NCBI GenBank assembly: GCA_965219995.1 | Contig: CBDCOX010000002.1 | Location: 1,888,001 to 1,952,000 of the forward strand | Reading direction: 5' to 3' | Source of the DNA: Candidatus Latescibacterota bacterium | Lineage (GTDB): Bacteria > Latescibacterota > UBA2968 > GCA-2709665 | DNA: 64,000 bases | Shown here: piece after piece, positions 9,561 to 19,747 of the stretch | Layout of the letters: each line of letters starts with the position of its first letter | Position numbering within the stretch: position 1 is the first letter of the stretch | Made by a program: the position numbers and the translations under genes | The notes under the pieces: model-generated | What the model was told of the DNA's origin: nothing | Database searches by the model: none | The model's input: only the letters and a program-made list of their open reading frames with translations

Positions 9561-10793
9561 TTACGCCATGGCAAGCGCAGTTTCAATCAGTCGCTGCCCG
9601 GCCTCCCACGTCATCGGCGCCGGCAGATCGGAATTGAACATAAAGGCGGACCGGACCTCGTACCCACCCGTGTCCCATGCACTTCTCGACGGGAAATACC
9701 CGGCATGCGCGTTCGCCTGATTCACGATCAACAGTCGTTCGTCAGGCCAACGACGGCGCAGCGCAAGTCCCCACGAACCGAACAGCTGTCCCGGAAAACA
9801 CGCAAGAAATACGTCCCCGATGCGAAATCCCTGCACCTCCAGCCGTACCGAGGCGGGGACGGCCTCGCCTGCCGCGCGCATCGACAATTGGTCCCGTGCC
9901 CAGCCCGCCTGGTACGATCCGGGTCTGGAACCCGCTGCCTGTTCCTTCAAATCGGCCCCGGTCGGCACGGCATCCAGCGGGCACGTACAAAAACGCCGTT
10001 GCGAGGCGAGTCCGCAAACACGCGCTTGCGACAGGTTGCGGGTCATTTCCCGCACCCGATCCGCAAGCCCTCGTCCAATCTTTCTCACCTCCGTGAAGTT
10101 CTGCTCGGGACGGTACGGCCCGACATCGCCCAGGCAACCGTTGAAGAAGGCAGTTGTACCGCCCCAGGTTGCTTCCAGTTCATTGCAGAACACTCCCGGA
10201 AAATCCGGAGACCAGGAAAGATTCGTACCGGTCAGGATTGTCGGATGGCAGCCATAGTTCACCCATGCGGCCACGACGCGTCCGTCCGTTCCCGCAAAGC
10301 GCACCAGCCCCAGCGTGGAATCGATTGGTTGACCGTCCTTGCGGCGATTGTGGTGAAACCCCGGTTCCCGCATCTGCTCGAACCCGACCGTGACCGGCTG
10401 CAGGCAATGCGACGCCCTGACCACCGCGTCCACGATCCGTTCCGTCAGGTCCGACATATACGAGGGATCGGGTACATCGTCCCGGAACCGGGTGGTTACC
10501 GGCCCCGAGTGGGTGTGGGTCGTTGCAACGAGGATACCGTCGGGCGCAATTCCCGTCCGTTCCTGGATCGCCGTACGGATCATGTCCGTGGTGCGTCCGC
10601 TGAATCCGACCGCGTCCACCACGAGAAGTGCGACCCGCATCGAGCCCTGTTCACACACAAAGGCCCTCGCCCACAGCGGCATATGCGTACCGGCGGCAGG
10701 ACTTTTTCGACCCGCGTATCCGGCCATCGACAGGCCGATCGGCGGCGTCACGTCGACTTTCGCGGCGCCCATCTTCAGGTTGTCCGGCATCAT
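9561..10793 (-). CDS. neutral/alkaline ceramidase-like amidohydrolase (second paralog)
   Basis: DVTPP, THTHSGP, NYGCHP, SPDFPG and GYFPS...GGYE motifs. Confidence 0.78.
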   Translation of the reverse strand: MMPDNLKMGAAKVDVTPPIGLSMAGYAGRKSPAAGTHMPLWARAFVCEQGSMRVALLVVDAVGFSGRTTDMIRTAIQERTGIAPDGILVATTHTHSGPVTTRFRDDVPDPSYMSDLTERIVDAVVRASHCLQPVTVGFEQMREPGFHHNRRKDGQPIDSTLGLVRFAGTDGRVVAAWVNYGCHPTILTGTNLSWSPDFPGVFCNELEATWGGTTAFFNGCLGDVGPYRPEQNFTEVRKIGRGLADRVREMTRNLSQARVCGLASQRRFCTCPLDAVPTGADLKEQAAGSRPGSYQAGWARDQLSMRAAGEAVPASVRLEVQGFRIGDVFLACFPGQLFGSWGLALRRRWPDERLLIVNQANAHAGYFPSRSAWDTGGYEVRSAFMFNSDLPAPMTWEAGQRLIETALAMA

Positions 10794-10845
10794 CTTCTCC
10801 CTTGACTGCGTTGTTACTCGGGCAGCGGGTTCAACAGAATTGCCC

Positions 10846-10874
10846 TTGACACGCAGGGGTCGGTTGTGTATTTT
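10846..10874 (+). promoter_or_regulatory. sigma70-type promoter of tRNA-Thr
   Basis: TTGACA-N17-TATTTT, about 50 bp upstream of the tRNA. Confidence 0.6.
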
Positions 10875-10921
10875 ACACGTGCTGTATTTTGAACGATAAT
10901 GATCTGTTTTTCAGTGCGTTA

Positions 10922-10997
<76 letters not shown>

Positions 10998-11077
10998 CGA
11001 AGAGGAAAGGGCCTGTGTGCTGGATACACAAGCCCTTTTTCGTTGTCGGACGCAATCGTCAGCGGGATCTCGACGAT

Positions 11078-11746
11078 TCACACGACAATCGTCTCCCGCT
11101 GGTTTTCCTTCCACACGTTCCAGTCGCTCAGAAAGCGCTCCAGTCCGTCATCCGTCAGTGGATGCGCCAGCAGCTTCTTCAATACGTCAGGCGGCAATGT
11201 GGACACATCCGCCCCGGCCCGTGCGGCATCGATGACATGCAGGGGGTGCCGCAAGCTGGCCGCAAGGACCTCGGTCCGGAATCCATAGTTGTCGTAAATC
11301 TGGCGTATGGTCTTGATCAACTCCATGCCGACATGCCCGATATCGTCCAGGCGTCCCAGAAAAGGACTGATGTAGGACGCTCCGGCCTTCGCGGCCAGAA
11401 GCGCCTGATTCGCGGAGAAGCAGAGTGTAACGTTGGTTCTGATCGCTTCATCGCTGCAGGCCTTGATCGCCTTCAGTCCGTCAAGCGTTATGGGGACCTT
11501 GACCACCACATTGTCGTGTATGCTCGAGAGATGGCGTGCTTCCTGGAGCATCAGTCTCCACTCGGTACTCACAACCTCGGCGCTGACCGGCCCGTCCACC
11601 AGCTCACAGATTTCCAGTATGATCTGCTCGAACGCGCCTTCTTCCTTTGAAATATGCGTCGGATTGGTTGTCACACCATCCAGCACCCCCATCTCGTTGG
11701 CCTCACGTATCTCGTCCAGATTGGCCGTGTCGATAAAAAACTTCAT
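11078..11746 (-). CDS. tal: transaldolase / fructose-6-phosphate aldolase family
   Basis: [38 protein letters not shown] and AASLRHP motifs. Confidence 0.93.
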   Translation of the reverse strand: MKFFIDTANLDEIREANEMGVLDGVTTNPTHISKEEGAFEQIILEICELVDGPVSAEVVSTEWRLMLQEARHLSSIHDNVVVKVPITLDGLKAIKACSDEAIRTNVTLCFSANQALLAAKAGASYISPFLGRLDDIGHVGMELIKTIRQIYDNYGFRTEVLAASLRHPLHVIDAARAGADVSTLPPDVLKKLLAHPLTDDGLERFLSDWNVWKENQRETIVV

Positions 11747-11864
11747 CGCTCGCCCTCCTGCGGTAGGGTTGTCGAGGGAGACCGATCCTGTCGAGGAATC
11801 GGTAAATCGTCGGGTGATTCGCTGAATCAGCCCGTCAATGTTCGAAGTTCAGGTCTCAAAGGAC

Positions 11865-12908
11865 TCAAAATGCTCTATCTACCAGAAAACTGCACATCTC
11901 GCGCATCGTTTCCCTGGCTTCAGAAGGAGGAATCTCGTTCAGGTGCGCTTCCGCGGCGGCCGCCCATTCACGGCAGGCGTCTTCGGCGCGTTCAATGGAG
12001 CCGTAGCGGTTCATCAGCGAGATTGTCCGCTCGACCTCATCGATCCGCGTCTCGGACCGGTCCCGGTTCAGAATGTCCCGCACCCACGCCTGTTCATCCG
12101 GGGAACATCTGTGAAAGAGGTCGATTACCATCAGCGTCCGCTTGCCCTCGGCGATGTCTCCGCCGCGTTCCTTGCCGTACCCGCCCGAAGTCGTCGCGGG
12201 GGCCTGGTGCGCATCTTCGGCCCGCACGGTCAGGTTCAGCAGATCGTCTTTGATCTGAAACGCCACCGCCATTCGCTCTCCGAACGCGCCCACGGCCCGC
12301 TGGCGATCGGGAGATGCGCCGGCGACGATGGCACCCGCCGTACACGGCCCCCTCCCGCTGTACCAGCCCGTTTTCAGACGCAGCATTTCCAGAAAATTCT
12401 CAACTTCCGGGATCTCGCCCGACTCGATCCAGCCGATATCGTATGCCTGTCCTTCGAAGGTACGCTGAGCGCCGTGAAGCATCTCCTGAATCAGGTCAAG
12501 CGCCACCGCATCTCCGAGGACCTCCCGGTTGGTGGCGAGTATTTCGAACACCTTCGAATGCAGCGCGTCGCCCGCATTGACGCTCAATGGCACACCGTGG
12601 AGGTGGTGAAGACACGGTTTGCCTCTGCGCATTTCGGAACCGTCTTCGATGTCGTCGTGAACCAGGGCGAAAGACTGGAACATCTCGAACGCCGCTGCCG
12701 TCCGCAAGGCCCTGTCGACGTCACCTCCCAGGCCCTCGCACGCCAGCAGCACGAGCACCGACCGAAATCGCTTTCCCCCCCGAATCGGATAGTCCCGCAT
12801 CGGTTCGTACAGATAGCCGAGCGGCTCGGCCTGAGGCAGGAACTTGAAGAGTTCCCCGTCGATGAGAGGCACATAGGACTCGAGATAGCTCTTCAGGCGG
12901 TTGTTCAC
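11865..12908 (-). CDS. polyprenyl diphosphate synthase (short-chain, GGPP synthase-like)
   Basis: GGKRFR, first Asp-rich motif DDIED...RRG, KTG and FQIKDD; probable GTG start at 12908 after AGGGAG (the ORF track extends to 13028). Confidence 0.9.
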   Translation of the reverse strand: MNNRLKSYLESYVPLIDGELFKFLPQAEPLGYLYEPMRDYPIRGGKRFRSVLVLLACEGLGGDVDRALRTAAAFEMFQSFALVHDDIEDGSEMRRGKPCLHHLHGVPLSVNAGDALHSKVFEILATNREVLGDAVALDLIQEMLHGAQRTFEGQAYDIGWIESGEIPEVENFLEMLRLKTGWYSGRGPCTAGAIVAGASPDRQRAVGAFGERMAVAFQIKDDLLNLTVRAEDAHQAPATTSGGYGKERGGDIAEGKRTLMVIDLFHRCSPDEQAWVRDILNRDRSETRIDEVERTISLMNRYGSIERAEDACREWAAAAEAHLNEIPPSEARETMREMCSFLVDRAF

Positions 12909-13229
12909 GTGCTGCTCCCTCGCGAGCTTCCCCGTCGCGTCGAAACCATGTCTACCTCCGGCGGACGACCCGCGTGGGATAACGCCGATTGCGTACGCAA
13001 TGCCATCAACGGCTATTTCAGACGTCAAGAGACGGGCCTGATGCCAGAAAGCACCGGTTCAGGATAAATCGTTGAGAAGGAGTATTGCCAGGGAAGGAGG
13101 AGGTCGGGGAAGAATGTGCACACAAATATAGCGACAGGCATGAATGCGGTCAACTGTTTTTGCATTCGACGCGGCAGCGTCCGCCGATTGCCCGCTGAGG
13201 CAGGGATTGTACCCGCCGGCGCGCCGTCG

Positions 13230-14165
13230 TTACCAGTGATAGGCATCGAAGACGATTCTCAGATCCCGCCTGGCCCTCATATAGTCCGAGTACGGCTTCC
13301 GGCTCCGGTTATCCACGCATCGCAGAAAGTCCCTGGTCATCTCCCGATATCCCATCAGATCCGAAATCCCGGGTACGTGAACCCGGCAACCTTCATGACC
13401 TTTCTGAAGAACATACAGGCCATTGCTCTCAAAGATGATCTGTCCGTGCGTACCATGAATGCGGGAGTGCTGAAAGGTTCCCTTCGTGCGGCTCCTCGTG
13501 TTCCATGAATACGTGATTTCAGCCTTTACGTCGCCGGGATAAGTCAATTCGGTTATCGATGACCGCTCCGGCTCTCCCTTGCGGTGTCCGGGAAAGCGCC
13601 CGACGACGCGTTCCGGCGCACACTCGAAAATCGCGGAAACCAACGCGACAAAGTGGATTCCGCCTTCGAGCAACGCACCGTATTTTCGTTTCCAGCCGAA
13701 TGTCGCCTGTGTGAACATCTTTCTCACCTGTACCGACCTGATGTCTCCGATCCGGCGCTCCCCGGTCAGTGCCTTGATTCTCTTGAGCAATGGCTTGTAA
13801 TAGTAGTTTTCGGCCACCATCAGCAGCGCGCCCGGGTGCCTGGCCAGTACTTCGCCGAGCTCATCCACCTCCTCCGGAGAAATGCACATGGGTTTTTCGA
13901 CCATGACTGCCTTGTCGGCTGACAGAGCGCGGATCACCTGTTCTTTGTGGTATGCGGGAGGGGATGTAATCACCACCGCGTCGAGGCCGGGCGATGCCAG
14001 CGCATCGTCCAGACGACTGAAGATGCCGCTGCCGCGAAAGCGAATATTGAAACGGCGTGCACTATCTTCGGAACGGCTGCAGAAAATCAACTCGGCGGCG
14101 CCCGCCAGGTTTTTCGCGTGCAGCCGGGCGATGGTTCCGCAGCCCACCAGACAGATTTTTTTCAT
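13230..14165 (-). CDS. Gfo/Idh/MocA family oxidoreductase
   Basis: LVGCGTIA Rossmann motif, EKP, GALLEGGIH; start at 14165 or 14210. Confidence 0.88.
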   Translation of the reverse strand: MKKICLVGCGTIARLHAKNLAGAAELIFCSRSEDSARRFNIRFRGSGIFSRLDDALASPGLDAVVITSPPAYHKEQVIRALSADKAVMVEKPMCISPEEVDELGEVLARHPGALLMVAENYYYKPLLKRIKALTGERRIGDIRSVQVRKMFTQATFGWKRKYGALLEGGIHFVALVSAIFECAPERVVGRFPGHRKGEPERSSITELTYPGDVKAEITYSWNTRSRTKGTFQHSRIHGTHGQIIFESNGLYVLQKGHEGCRVHVPGISDLMGYREMTRDFLRCVDNRSRKPYSDYMRARRDLRIVFDAYHW

Positions 14166-14218
14166 TTTCCGGATTCCAGGCGCGGGGCGCCGGCGCAGGA
14201 TGAACTGCATGCGGCCTT

Positions 14219-15715
14219 CTAGCCGGATTCCGCGTGAATGACGTCCGCGACCCTCAGCGCGTTGGCTGCGATGGTAAGGCTCGGATTCACCCCTCCCGAC
14301 GTGGGCATGAAACTGCCGTCGAGGACAAACAGATTGTCGATGCCGCGAAACCTGCAGAATTCATCGAGAACGCTGTCTTCGGCGCTGCTCCCGAAACGCA
14401 ACGACCCCACGGCGTGAGAGAACGTCTCCAGCTTGTATACGCGACGGAACAGGCCTCCCGCCTGCTTCAAGATGCGTCCGGCCCTGTCCGTCAGATATTC
14501 CCTGCGGAGGCGGTCTCCGTCCGAATAACGATGCACGACACCCGTGACCGAGACTCCGTAATCGTCCCGGCGTGCGGTCAGATGCACGCGATTATCATAT
14601 TGCGGCTCGTCTTCCGCGATGCAAAGCAGATTCTGTACGTACTGCGCCACGAACGCGGACAGATTCCCGTATCCGAAGGGCGCGTAATGCTTCAGTACCT
14701 CCGGTGCGGGCGTGTAAATGTCCTGAATCGTACCCACCGACGTGCCCGATCGTTCCCTCATGTCTTCGTAGAAGTCCGTAAAGCACAACTGCTTGTGAAA
14801 TGTCCGGTCGGGATTGGTCCGGAACGGAAAGAGACCGGTGACGACTGCATTGCAGTGCCGCATCAGAAATCGCCCCACCAGCCGGTGGTTGCCGAATCGG
14901 TCCAAACCGGAACGCAACAGAATCGCCGGGCTCTGCAGGGCGCCCGCGCTGAGAATCACGATCTTCGCGTTGAAATTCACAGTCCGTCCTGACGTCCCGT
15001 CAAGACACAGGACCCGTGCCACCCTTCCGTTCCGGGCTTCCAGCTGCAGTACGATCATCCCGGGCATGACCGTCAGGTCGAATGCCTGGGCTTTTGCCAG
15101 AAGTGTCATGGCCACGTCGTTTTTGGCCTCGATGCGGCACGGAAATCCATCGCAGGTCGAACATCGGATACACAGCGGCCGCTCGTTGTTCGTGAAATTC
15201 AGCGCCAGCGGGATCCTGAAGGGACGGTGGCCGAGCGCGTTCCCGGCTTTGCATATCCGCTTCGCGGGAGCCGTAAGTTCTATTCCGCCGAATCGATAAT
15301 CCCCGGACCGCGGCGGCTCATGCATATCCACCCCCGCCTGACCATGTACCTCCAGCAGATGCTCCGCCTGCGCATAGTACGGCTCCATTGACGCGTAATC
15401 GATCGGCCAACTCGTGAAATCCATCTCACGCAACCGAAGCGACGCACCTCCGTAAAATACCGACATGCCGCCGACCGCTTCGTTCGGATAGACGGATTGA
15501 CGGCCCCCGTCGCCTTCCACCTGCACCGGAGAACGGCTTCGGTACCTTTGATCGATCAGGATCCCGCGCGGGTTCCAGTCCAGAGCATCCCGCTTTACCC
15601 ACCCGCCGCGTTCGAGGAGCAGCGTCCGGAAACCGGCCCGGCTGAGCGCATACGCCGCGGCGCCGCCGCCAAGGCCCGACCCGATCACGATGGCTTCATG
15701 TTGTCGTGAGTTCAT
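14219..15715 (-). CDS. GMC family FAD-dependent oxidoreductase
   Basis: IGSGLGG, VGGMSVFYG, CxxCxxC, HAVGSLRFG and GGVNPSLTIAANA motifs. Confidence 0.92.
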   Translation of the reverse strand: MNSRQHEAIVIGSGLGGGAAAYALSRAGFRTLLLERGGWVKRDALDWNPRGILIDQRYRSRSPVQVEGDGGRQSVYPNEAVGGMSVFYGGASLRLREMDFTSWPIDYASMEPYYAQAEHLLEVHGQAGVDMHEPPRSGDYRFGGIELTAPAKRICKAGNALGHRPFRIPLALNFTNNERPLCIRCSTCDGFPCRIEAKNDVAMTLLAKAQAFDLTVMPGMIVLQLEARNGRVARVLCLDGTSGRTVNFNAKIVILSAGALQSPAILLRSGLDRFGNHRLVGRFLMRHCNAVVTGLFPFRTNPDRTFHKQLCFTDFYEDMRERSGTSVGTIQDIYTPAPEVLKHYAPFGYGNLSAFVAQYVQNLLCIAEDEPQYDNRVHLTARRDDYGVSVTGVVHRYSDGDRLRREYLTDRAGRILKQAGGLFRRVYKLETFSHAVGSLRFGSSAEDSVLDEFCRFRGIDNLFVLDGSFMPTSGGVNPSLTIAANALRVADVIHAESG

Positions 15716-16496
15716 AAGCGTACAGAATCATCAATCCAATGATAATGATCCAGGCCATATAGTGGTATTTTTCGCGTGTCTCAACGTAGCGGGTTATCCG
15801 CGGCAGGTCCGGCCGGAATTTGCCGGACATCGTGCGCTGTACGTAGGTCTTGTAATACTCAACCAGAAACCGCTCCAATCCGCCGTTCATGAATACCAGA
15901 TAACCGAGCGGCACGGGCGCTGCCGGATTGTTTGAATAGAAAAACAGTGGAGAGCAGATGGCAAGCACCGCTGCCGAGCGAAAGAATTTCAGGGGGGCGA
16001 ATCCTTCAAAGGGGGCGTCCTTATACGCGCCGCCAAGAGAAACCAGCATTCCCGTGGAGAAGGCGACCGCGGCGAACACCGGAAAATCCATGATCGGCAT
16101 TGAAAGAAACAGCAGGGAAAAGACCCCCGACACCAGAACAGCGCCGGAGAAGAGGCGCAGCGGTTCGCTGGTAACCGGCCGGCCGAAGAACGTAATCCTG
16201 GAGGGTACGGCATATTTCGACTGATCTTCCGCTCTGAAGAATCCCTTGTACAGCTCCGCGAGGAACCGTTCCAGGCCCATGATGGCGAAGAAAACCTGGA
16301 AAAGGCTTAGATTCCGGAAACTCTCCTGGAAGGCGGGCAGACCGTAGAGCGCAACGAAGATGACGGCATGGAAATAGATGCTGCGGGGAAAGGTTGGCAG
16401 CTTCAGACCTTCATAAGGTGAGTCCTTGAAGGCGCCCCAAAGGGAGGTATACAGGCCTGAAATCAAGCTTATCAGAAACGGGAACCAAAAATTCAT
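15696..16496 (-). CDS. integral membrane protein with internal two-fold repeat, unknown function
   Basis: Multiple hydrophobic segments; repeated GAFKDSPYEG/GAYKDAPFEG and GLERFLAELYK/GLERFLVEYYK; overlaps the GMC start. Confidence 0.8.
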   Translation of the reverse strand: MNFWFPFLISLISGLYTSLWGAFKDSPYEGLKLPTFPRSIYFHAVIFVALYGLPAFQESFRNLSLFQVFFAIMGLERFLAELYKGFFRAEDQSKYAVPSRITFFGRPVTSEPLRLFSGAVLVSGVFSLLFLSMPIMDFPVFAAVAFSTGMLVSLGGAYKDAPFEGFAPLKFFRSAAVLAICSPLFFYSNNPAAPVPLGYLVFMNGGLERFLVEYYKTYVQRTMSGKFRPDLPRITRYVETREKYHYMAWIIIIGLMILYAYELTTT

Positions 16497-16561
16497 GGAA
16501 TGGCGCCCCCGGCGGCTGGCATCACAGGGGATCATCGAACGGTATCCCGCCTCGTGGCGGA

Positions 16562-19009
16562 TTACGGCCGTGCGCTTCCCACCCTGACCGCGTGCCGGTT
16601 CCGTTTCAATCGATCGAGGATTTCCAGTACGGCAGGCAGAACGACAACGGCGGCCACAAAACAGGTCAGAAGGCCGATCACGGCCAGTTTCCCGATGGAA
16701 TTCAAACCGGGATGCCTCGCCGTGATGAGACCGAAAAAGCCGATCATCGTGGTCATCATCGAGACGAGCATCGCGCCTCCCGTATTCCTGAGGATCACCG
16801 GGATGGAGTCCGCGCCTTCCTCCTGGTACCGGTGAAAGAGATGAACGCCGTTATCGATGCCCATCCCAATAATCGTCGGCAAGGCAACCATATTGTAAAA
16901 GTTCAGCTTCATTCCGGAGAGAAACATGCTTCCACACATCCAGATCGCGCCGCAGATGAGCGGAAGCATGACGAGCATCCCGTTTCGGATGCTTCGAAAG
17001 TCGATAAACACGATCAGGAAGACGACAAGAAGCGTGATGCCGATCGCCCACCTGCTGTCCCGGATCATCAATTTGAGCATATCCGCGAAAATTATGCTGG
17101 AACTTGAAGAATAGAAACGCTTCCCGGACTCGGTCGTTATCAGGTGGGTGTCATCCGCGAACTCGATGGCCTGTCGTCCGTCTCGAAGTTGCACGCTGGG
17201 ATAGATGAAGGCAAAATGGGCCCGGCTGCCGTCTACCGTTGAAAACCTGCGCAGGATGTTTTTCGGAAGATCGTCCACGTCCAGACTTTTCACGTCCATC
17301 AGTTCGCGCAACTCGTCGACCCGCTCCTTCTGTTCTTCCTTCAGCAATTTCGCGCCTTCGCCATCCACGAGTTCGCGAAGTTCGGCAATCAGAGCCAGCT
17401 TTTCATCTTCGCGATCGGGCAGAAAGGACCAGAGCGTCCTGATCTTGTCAATTGTGGGGGTCGGGTCGTCCGACGCGATCTTCCCGTGCACTGCTGCGAC
17501 GATTTCATCCAGTTCCTCTTTGCTGTCGGCAAGGATCACGCTTGGCGAGTGCGACTCGCCCCTGAATTTGGAAAGCGAATTGATCTTGTCTTTCACTTTC
17601 TTGGACTTGGCCAGATTGGAACGCAGATTGGTAAAATCGTATTCGAACTGAATCTGATCCAGATTGTATGCCAGGTAAACCGTTCCGGCAATGGCAACCG
17701 CGAACACGACCGGCGCCATCGGAAACCGGCCCTTGCTGGTGCCGCGTTCGTGTCCGAGGACGTGCCGCATTCGCACAAGCTTCAAGCGCTCGTCGGCAAG
17801 AACGAGAAAGGCCGGAAGCACCATGGTCATGGACACAAGGGACATGATGATCCCCGTGCCGACAATGAAACCGAACTCCGAGAATCCCTTGAAATCCGTA
17901 ATGGTCAGCGAGTAGAACGCCATCGACGTGGTCAATGCAGCGGTGAGGATGGCCTGCCCCGTCTGAATCAACATCGTCTCGACCGACTGCCTGACGTCCA
18001 TGCTCGCCATGCGGTCCTCGAGGTACCGGGAAAACATGTGAATCCCGAAGTCGATTCCAAGACCGAACAGAATCACAAAAAGGAATCCGGTCATCGTGTT
18101 CAGGTTGCCGATCACCCAATAGGTAACCGCAAACGCCCACGTCAGCCCCATAACGAGCGGGATAGCAACAAAAAAGACAGCCAGCGGCTGCCTGAAATAA
18201 AACGTGAGAAGCAGGACGACACCTACAAATCCGAAGATTACCGTTGACTCGATGTCGTCCAGAATGGTGTCGTATTCATCGATCTTATTCTTGAACGAAC
18301 CTCCGATCGAGACCAGCATATCGGGATGATAGGACATCGGTTTCAGCTTATGCACGGCGTCCTCGAGCACGCTGTACATCTCTTTGCTGAAACCGATATT
18401 ACTCACCGTTCCCGATGCCATGACCTCCACGGCGACGATGGTACTGTCAGGATTTGTATAATAGACTTCGTGTCCGCGGTTTCCGTTCTCCTTGTACTTC
18501 GCTTCAATATCCGAAAAATTCAGCGGCTCGTCGTCTTCCCCGTCGTCCAGCCTGAAGAACAACGGAGACAACTTCAGTTTTTCCTGCCGGATGCGATCGT
18601 CGATCCGAAGTTGTATGTCTTCCAGATCTTCGAGATCCATATACAACAACGCGTTGTCTTTGAAGAAATCGACTTCACGCTTGTAATCGACGTAGTTTAC
18701 GTATTTCCAGTACTGTTCGGCCTTCAGTTCAACAGCCAGATCTTCCACGAATTGCCGGGACGCCGTGAAATCCCCGCATTCCGCCAGAACAACCAGACTA
18801 CCAACACCCCCAAGGCGCGCCTTGATATCTTCGAGCGTTCTCACGCTCGGATAGTGTTCCGGTATCAGAGCCGCGATATCCGTTTCGAGACGCTGAATCA
18901 GTCGATAGACAAAAAAGCTGCAGAAAATGGAAAGGAAGGTCGATACAATGATAATAATGGCGTACCGTCGATAGACGAAGTCCGCCAAAAGCCGCAACCT
19001 ATCCTGCAT
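16562..19009 (-). CDS. MMPL/RND family lipid transporter (HpnN-like)
   Basis: Two repeats with GLGIDFGIH and GMGIDNGVH motifs; multi-TM architecture with two large loops. Confidence 0.92.
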   Translation of the reverse strand: MQDRLRLLADFVYRRYAIIIIVSTFLSIFCSFFVYRLIQRLETDIAALIPEHYPSVRTLEDIKARLGGVGSLVVLAECGDFTASRQFVEDLAVELKAEQYWKYVNYVDYKREVDFFKDNALLYMDLEDLEDIQLRIDDRIRQEKLKLSPLFFRLDDGEDDEPLNFSDIEAKYKENGNRGHEVYYTNPDSTIVAVEVMASGTVSNIGFSKEMYSVLEDAVHKLKPMSYHPDMLVSIGGSFKNKIDEYDTILDDIESTVIFGFVGVVLLLTFYFRQPLAVFFVAIPLVMGLTWAFAVTYWVIGNLNTMTGFLFVILFGLGIDFGIHMFSRYLEDRMASMDVRQSVETMLIQTGQAILTAALTTSMAFYSLTITDFKGFSEFGFIVGTGIIMSLVSMTMVLPAFLVLADERLKLVRMRHVLGHERGTSKGRFPMAPVVFAVAIAGTVYLAYNLDQIQFEYDFTNLRSNLAKSKKVKDKINSLSKFRGESHSPSVILADSKEELDEIVAAVHGKIASDDPTPTIDKIRTLWSFLPDREDEKLALIAELRELVDGEGAKLLKEEQKERVDELRELMDVKSLDVDDLPKNILRRFSTVDGSRAHFAFIYPSVQLRDGRQAIEFADDTHLITTESGKRFYSSSSSIIFADMLKLMIRDSRWAIGITLLVVFLIVFIDFRSIRNGMLVMLPLICGAIWMCGSMFLSGMKLNFYNMVALPTIIGMGIDNGVHLFHRYQEEGADSIPVILRNTGGAMLVSMMTTMIGFFGLITARHPGLNSIGKLAVIGLLTCFVAAVVVLPAVLEILDRLKRNRHAVRVGSARP

Positions 19010-19012
19010 GAA

Positions 19013-19633
19013 TCAATCCTTCCCTTTCCCGTCTGCCGCGTCCTCGTTGAGCTTGTCCCTCAGCTTGTTTACAAGACCCTCGTACGACGACCTTCGAATT
19101 TCCCTGTAGAACTGCGACCGGTTGTTTCTGGCAACGCTCAAGTCGTCGATGATCATATCATAAATCAGCCACTTTCCGTTAACGGGGTGGAGCTTGTAGT
19201 CGATGCTGCTCTGCTCGTCCTTGTAATGTACGACGGTCCGAACGAGACCCCCGGTGCTGTCGACTTTCGATCCCACGTATTCGATTTTGTCCGATTTGGT
19301 ATAGAGTTTCGGATCGGCATAGTTTTTGACGATGAGTCGGCGGCAGAGATCGGCAAATTCCACCTGCTCGGTCCGGGTGCGGCGCTGCCAATGCCGGCCC
19401 AATGCAAGCGTGCTGAACCGGTGGAAATCGAACATGTCCTCCACGATTTTCTTCAACCGCTCCCGCTCCTCGGCCGTCTCGCCCCCTGTTTCCGAATTCA
19501 CAACCGCCTTGATTGCCCCGTCCCGGGTTTTCATGACCTCGAGGAGCACCCCGGCCTGATCCGCACCCGGTGCGGAACCACGACCAGAGCCAACAAGAGC
19601 AAAAAACACAATAATATAGGACAATTTCTTCAT
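19013..19633 (-). CDS. MlaC/Ttg2D (HpnM-like) periplasmic lipid-binding protein
   Basis: Signal peptide; FDF...ALGRHW, IDYKL...WLIYDMIIDDLS...RSQF motifs. Confidence 0.88.
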   Translation of the reverse strand: MKKLSYIIVFFALVGSGRGSAPGADQAGVLLEVMKTRDGAIKAVVNSETGGETAEERERLKKIVEDMFDFHRFSTLALGRHWQRRTRTEQVEFADLCRRLIVKNYADPKLYTKSDKIEYVGSKVDSTGGLVRTVVHYKDEQSSIDYKLHPVNGKWLIYDMIIDDLSVARNNRSQFYREIRRSSYEGLVNKLRDKLNEDAADGKGKD

Positions 19634-19747
19634 TTTAGCCAGTTCCTTTTACGCTCTGAAACAAAACAATCCGACATCTGAACACCTCCCGGGTCGGCTC
19701 GATAGACAATCGACTCAATGGACGATTCACGGAAACCTTTCTGTCCT

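Noticed and set aside
16562-19633. Hopanoid biosynthesis cluster (hpnN/hpnM)
   Set aside because: The transporter families match, but no squalene-hopene cyclase or other hpn enzymes are in the window, so gene symbols were not assigned.
19692-19731. Third ECF promoter upstream of the MlaC-like gene (minus strand TGAATCG...GTCTAT)
   Set aside because: The -35 element is mismatched and the spacing is one base shorter than in the two good copies; too weak to call.
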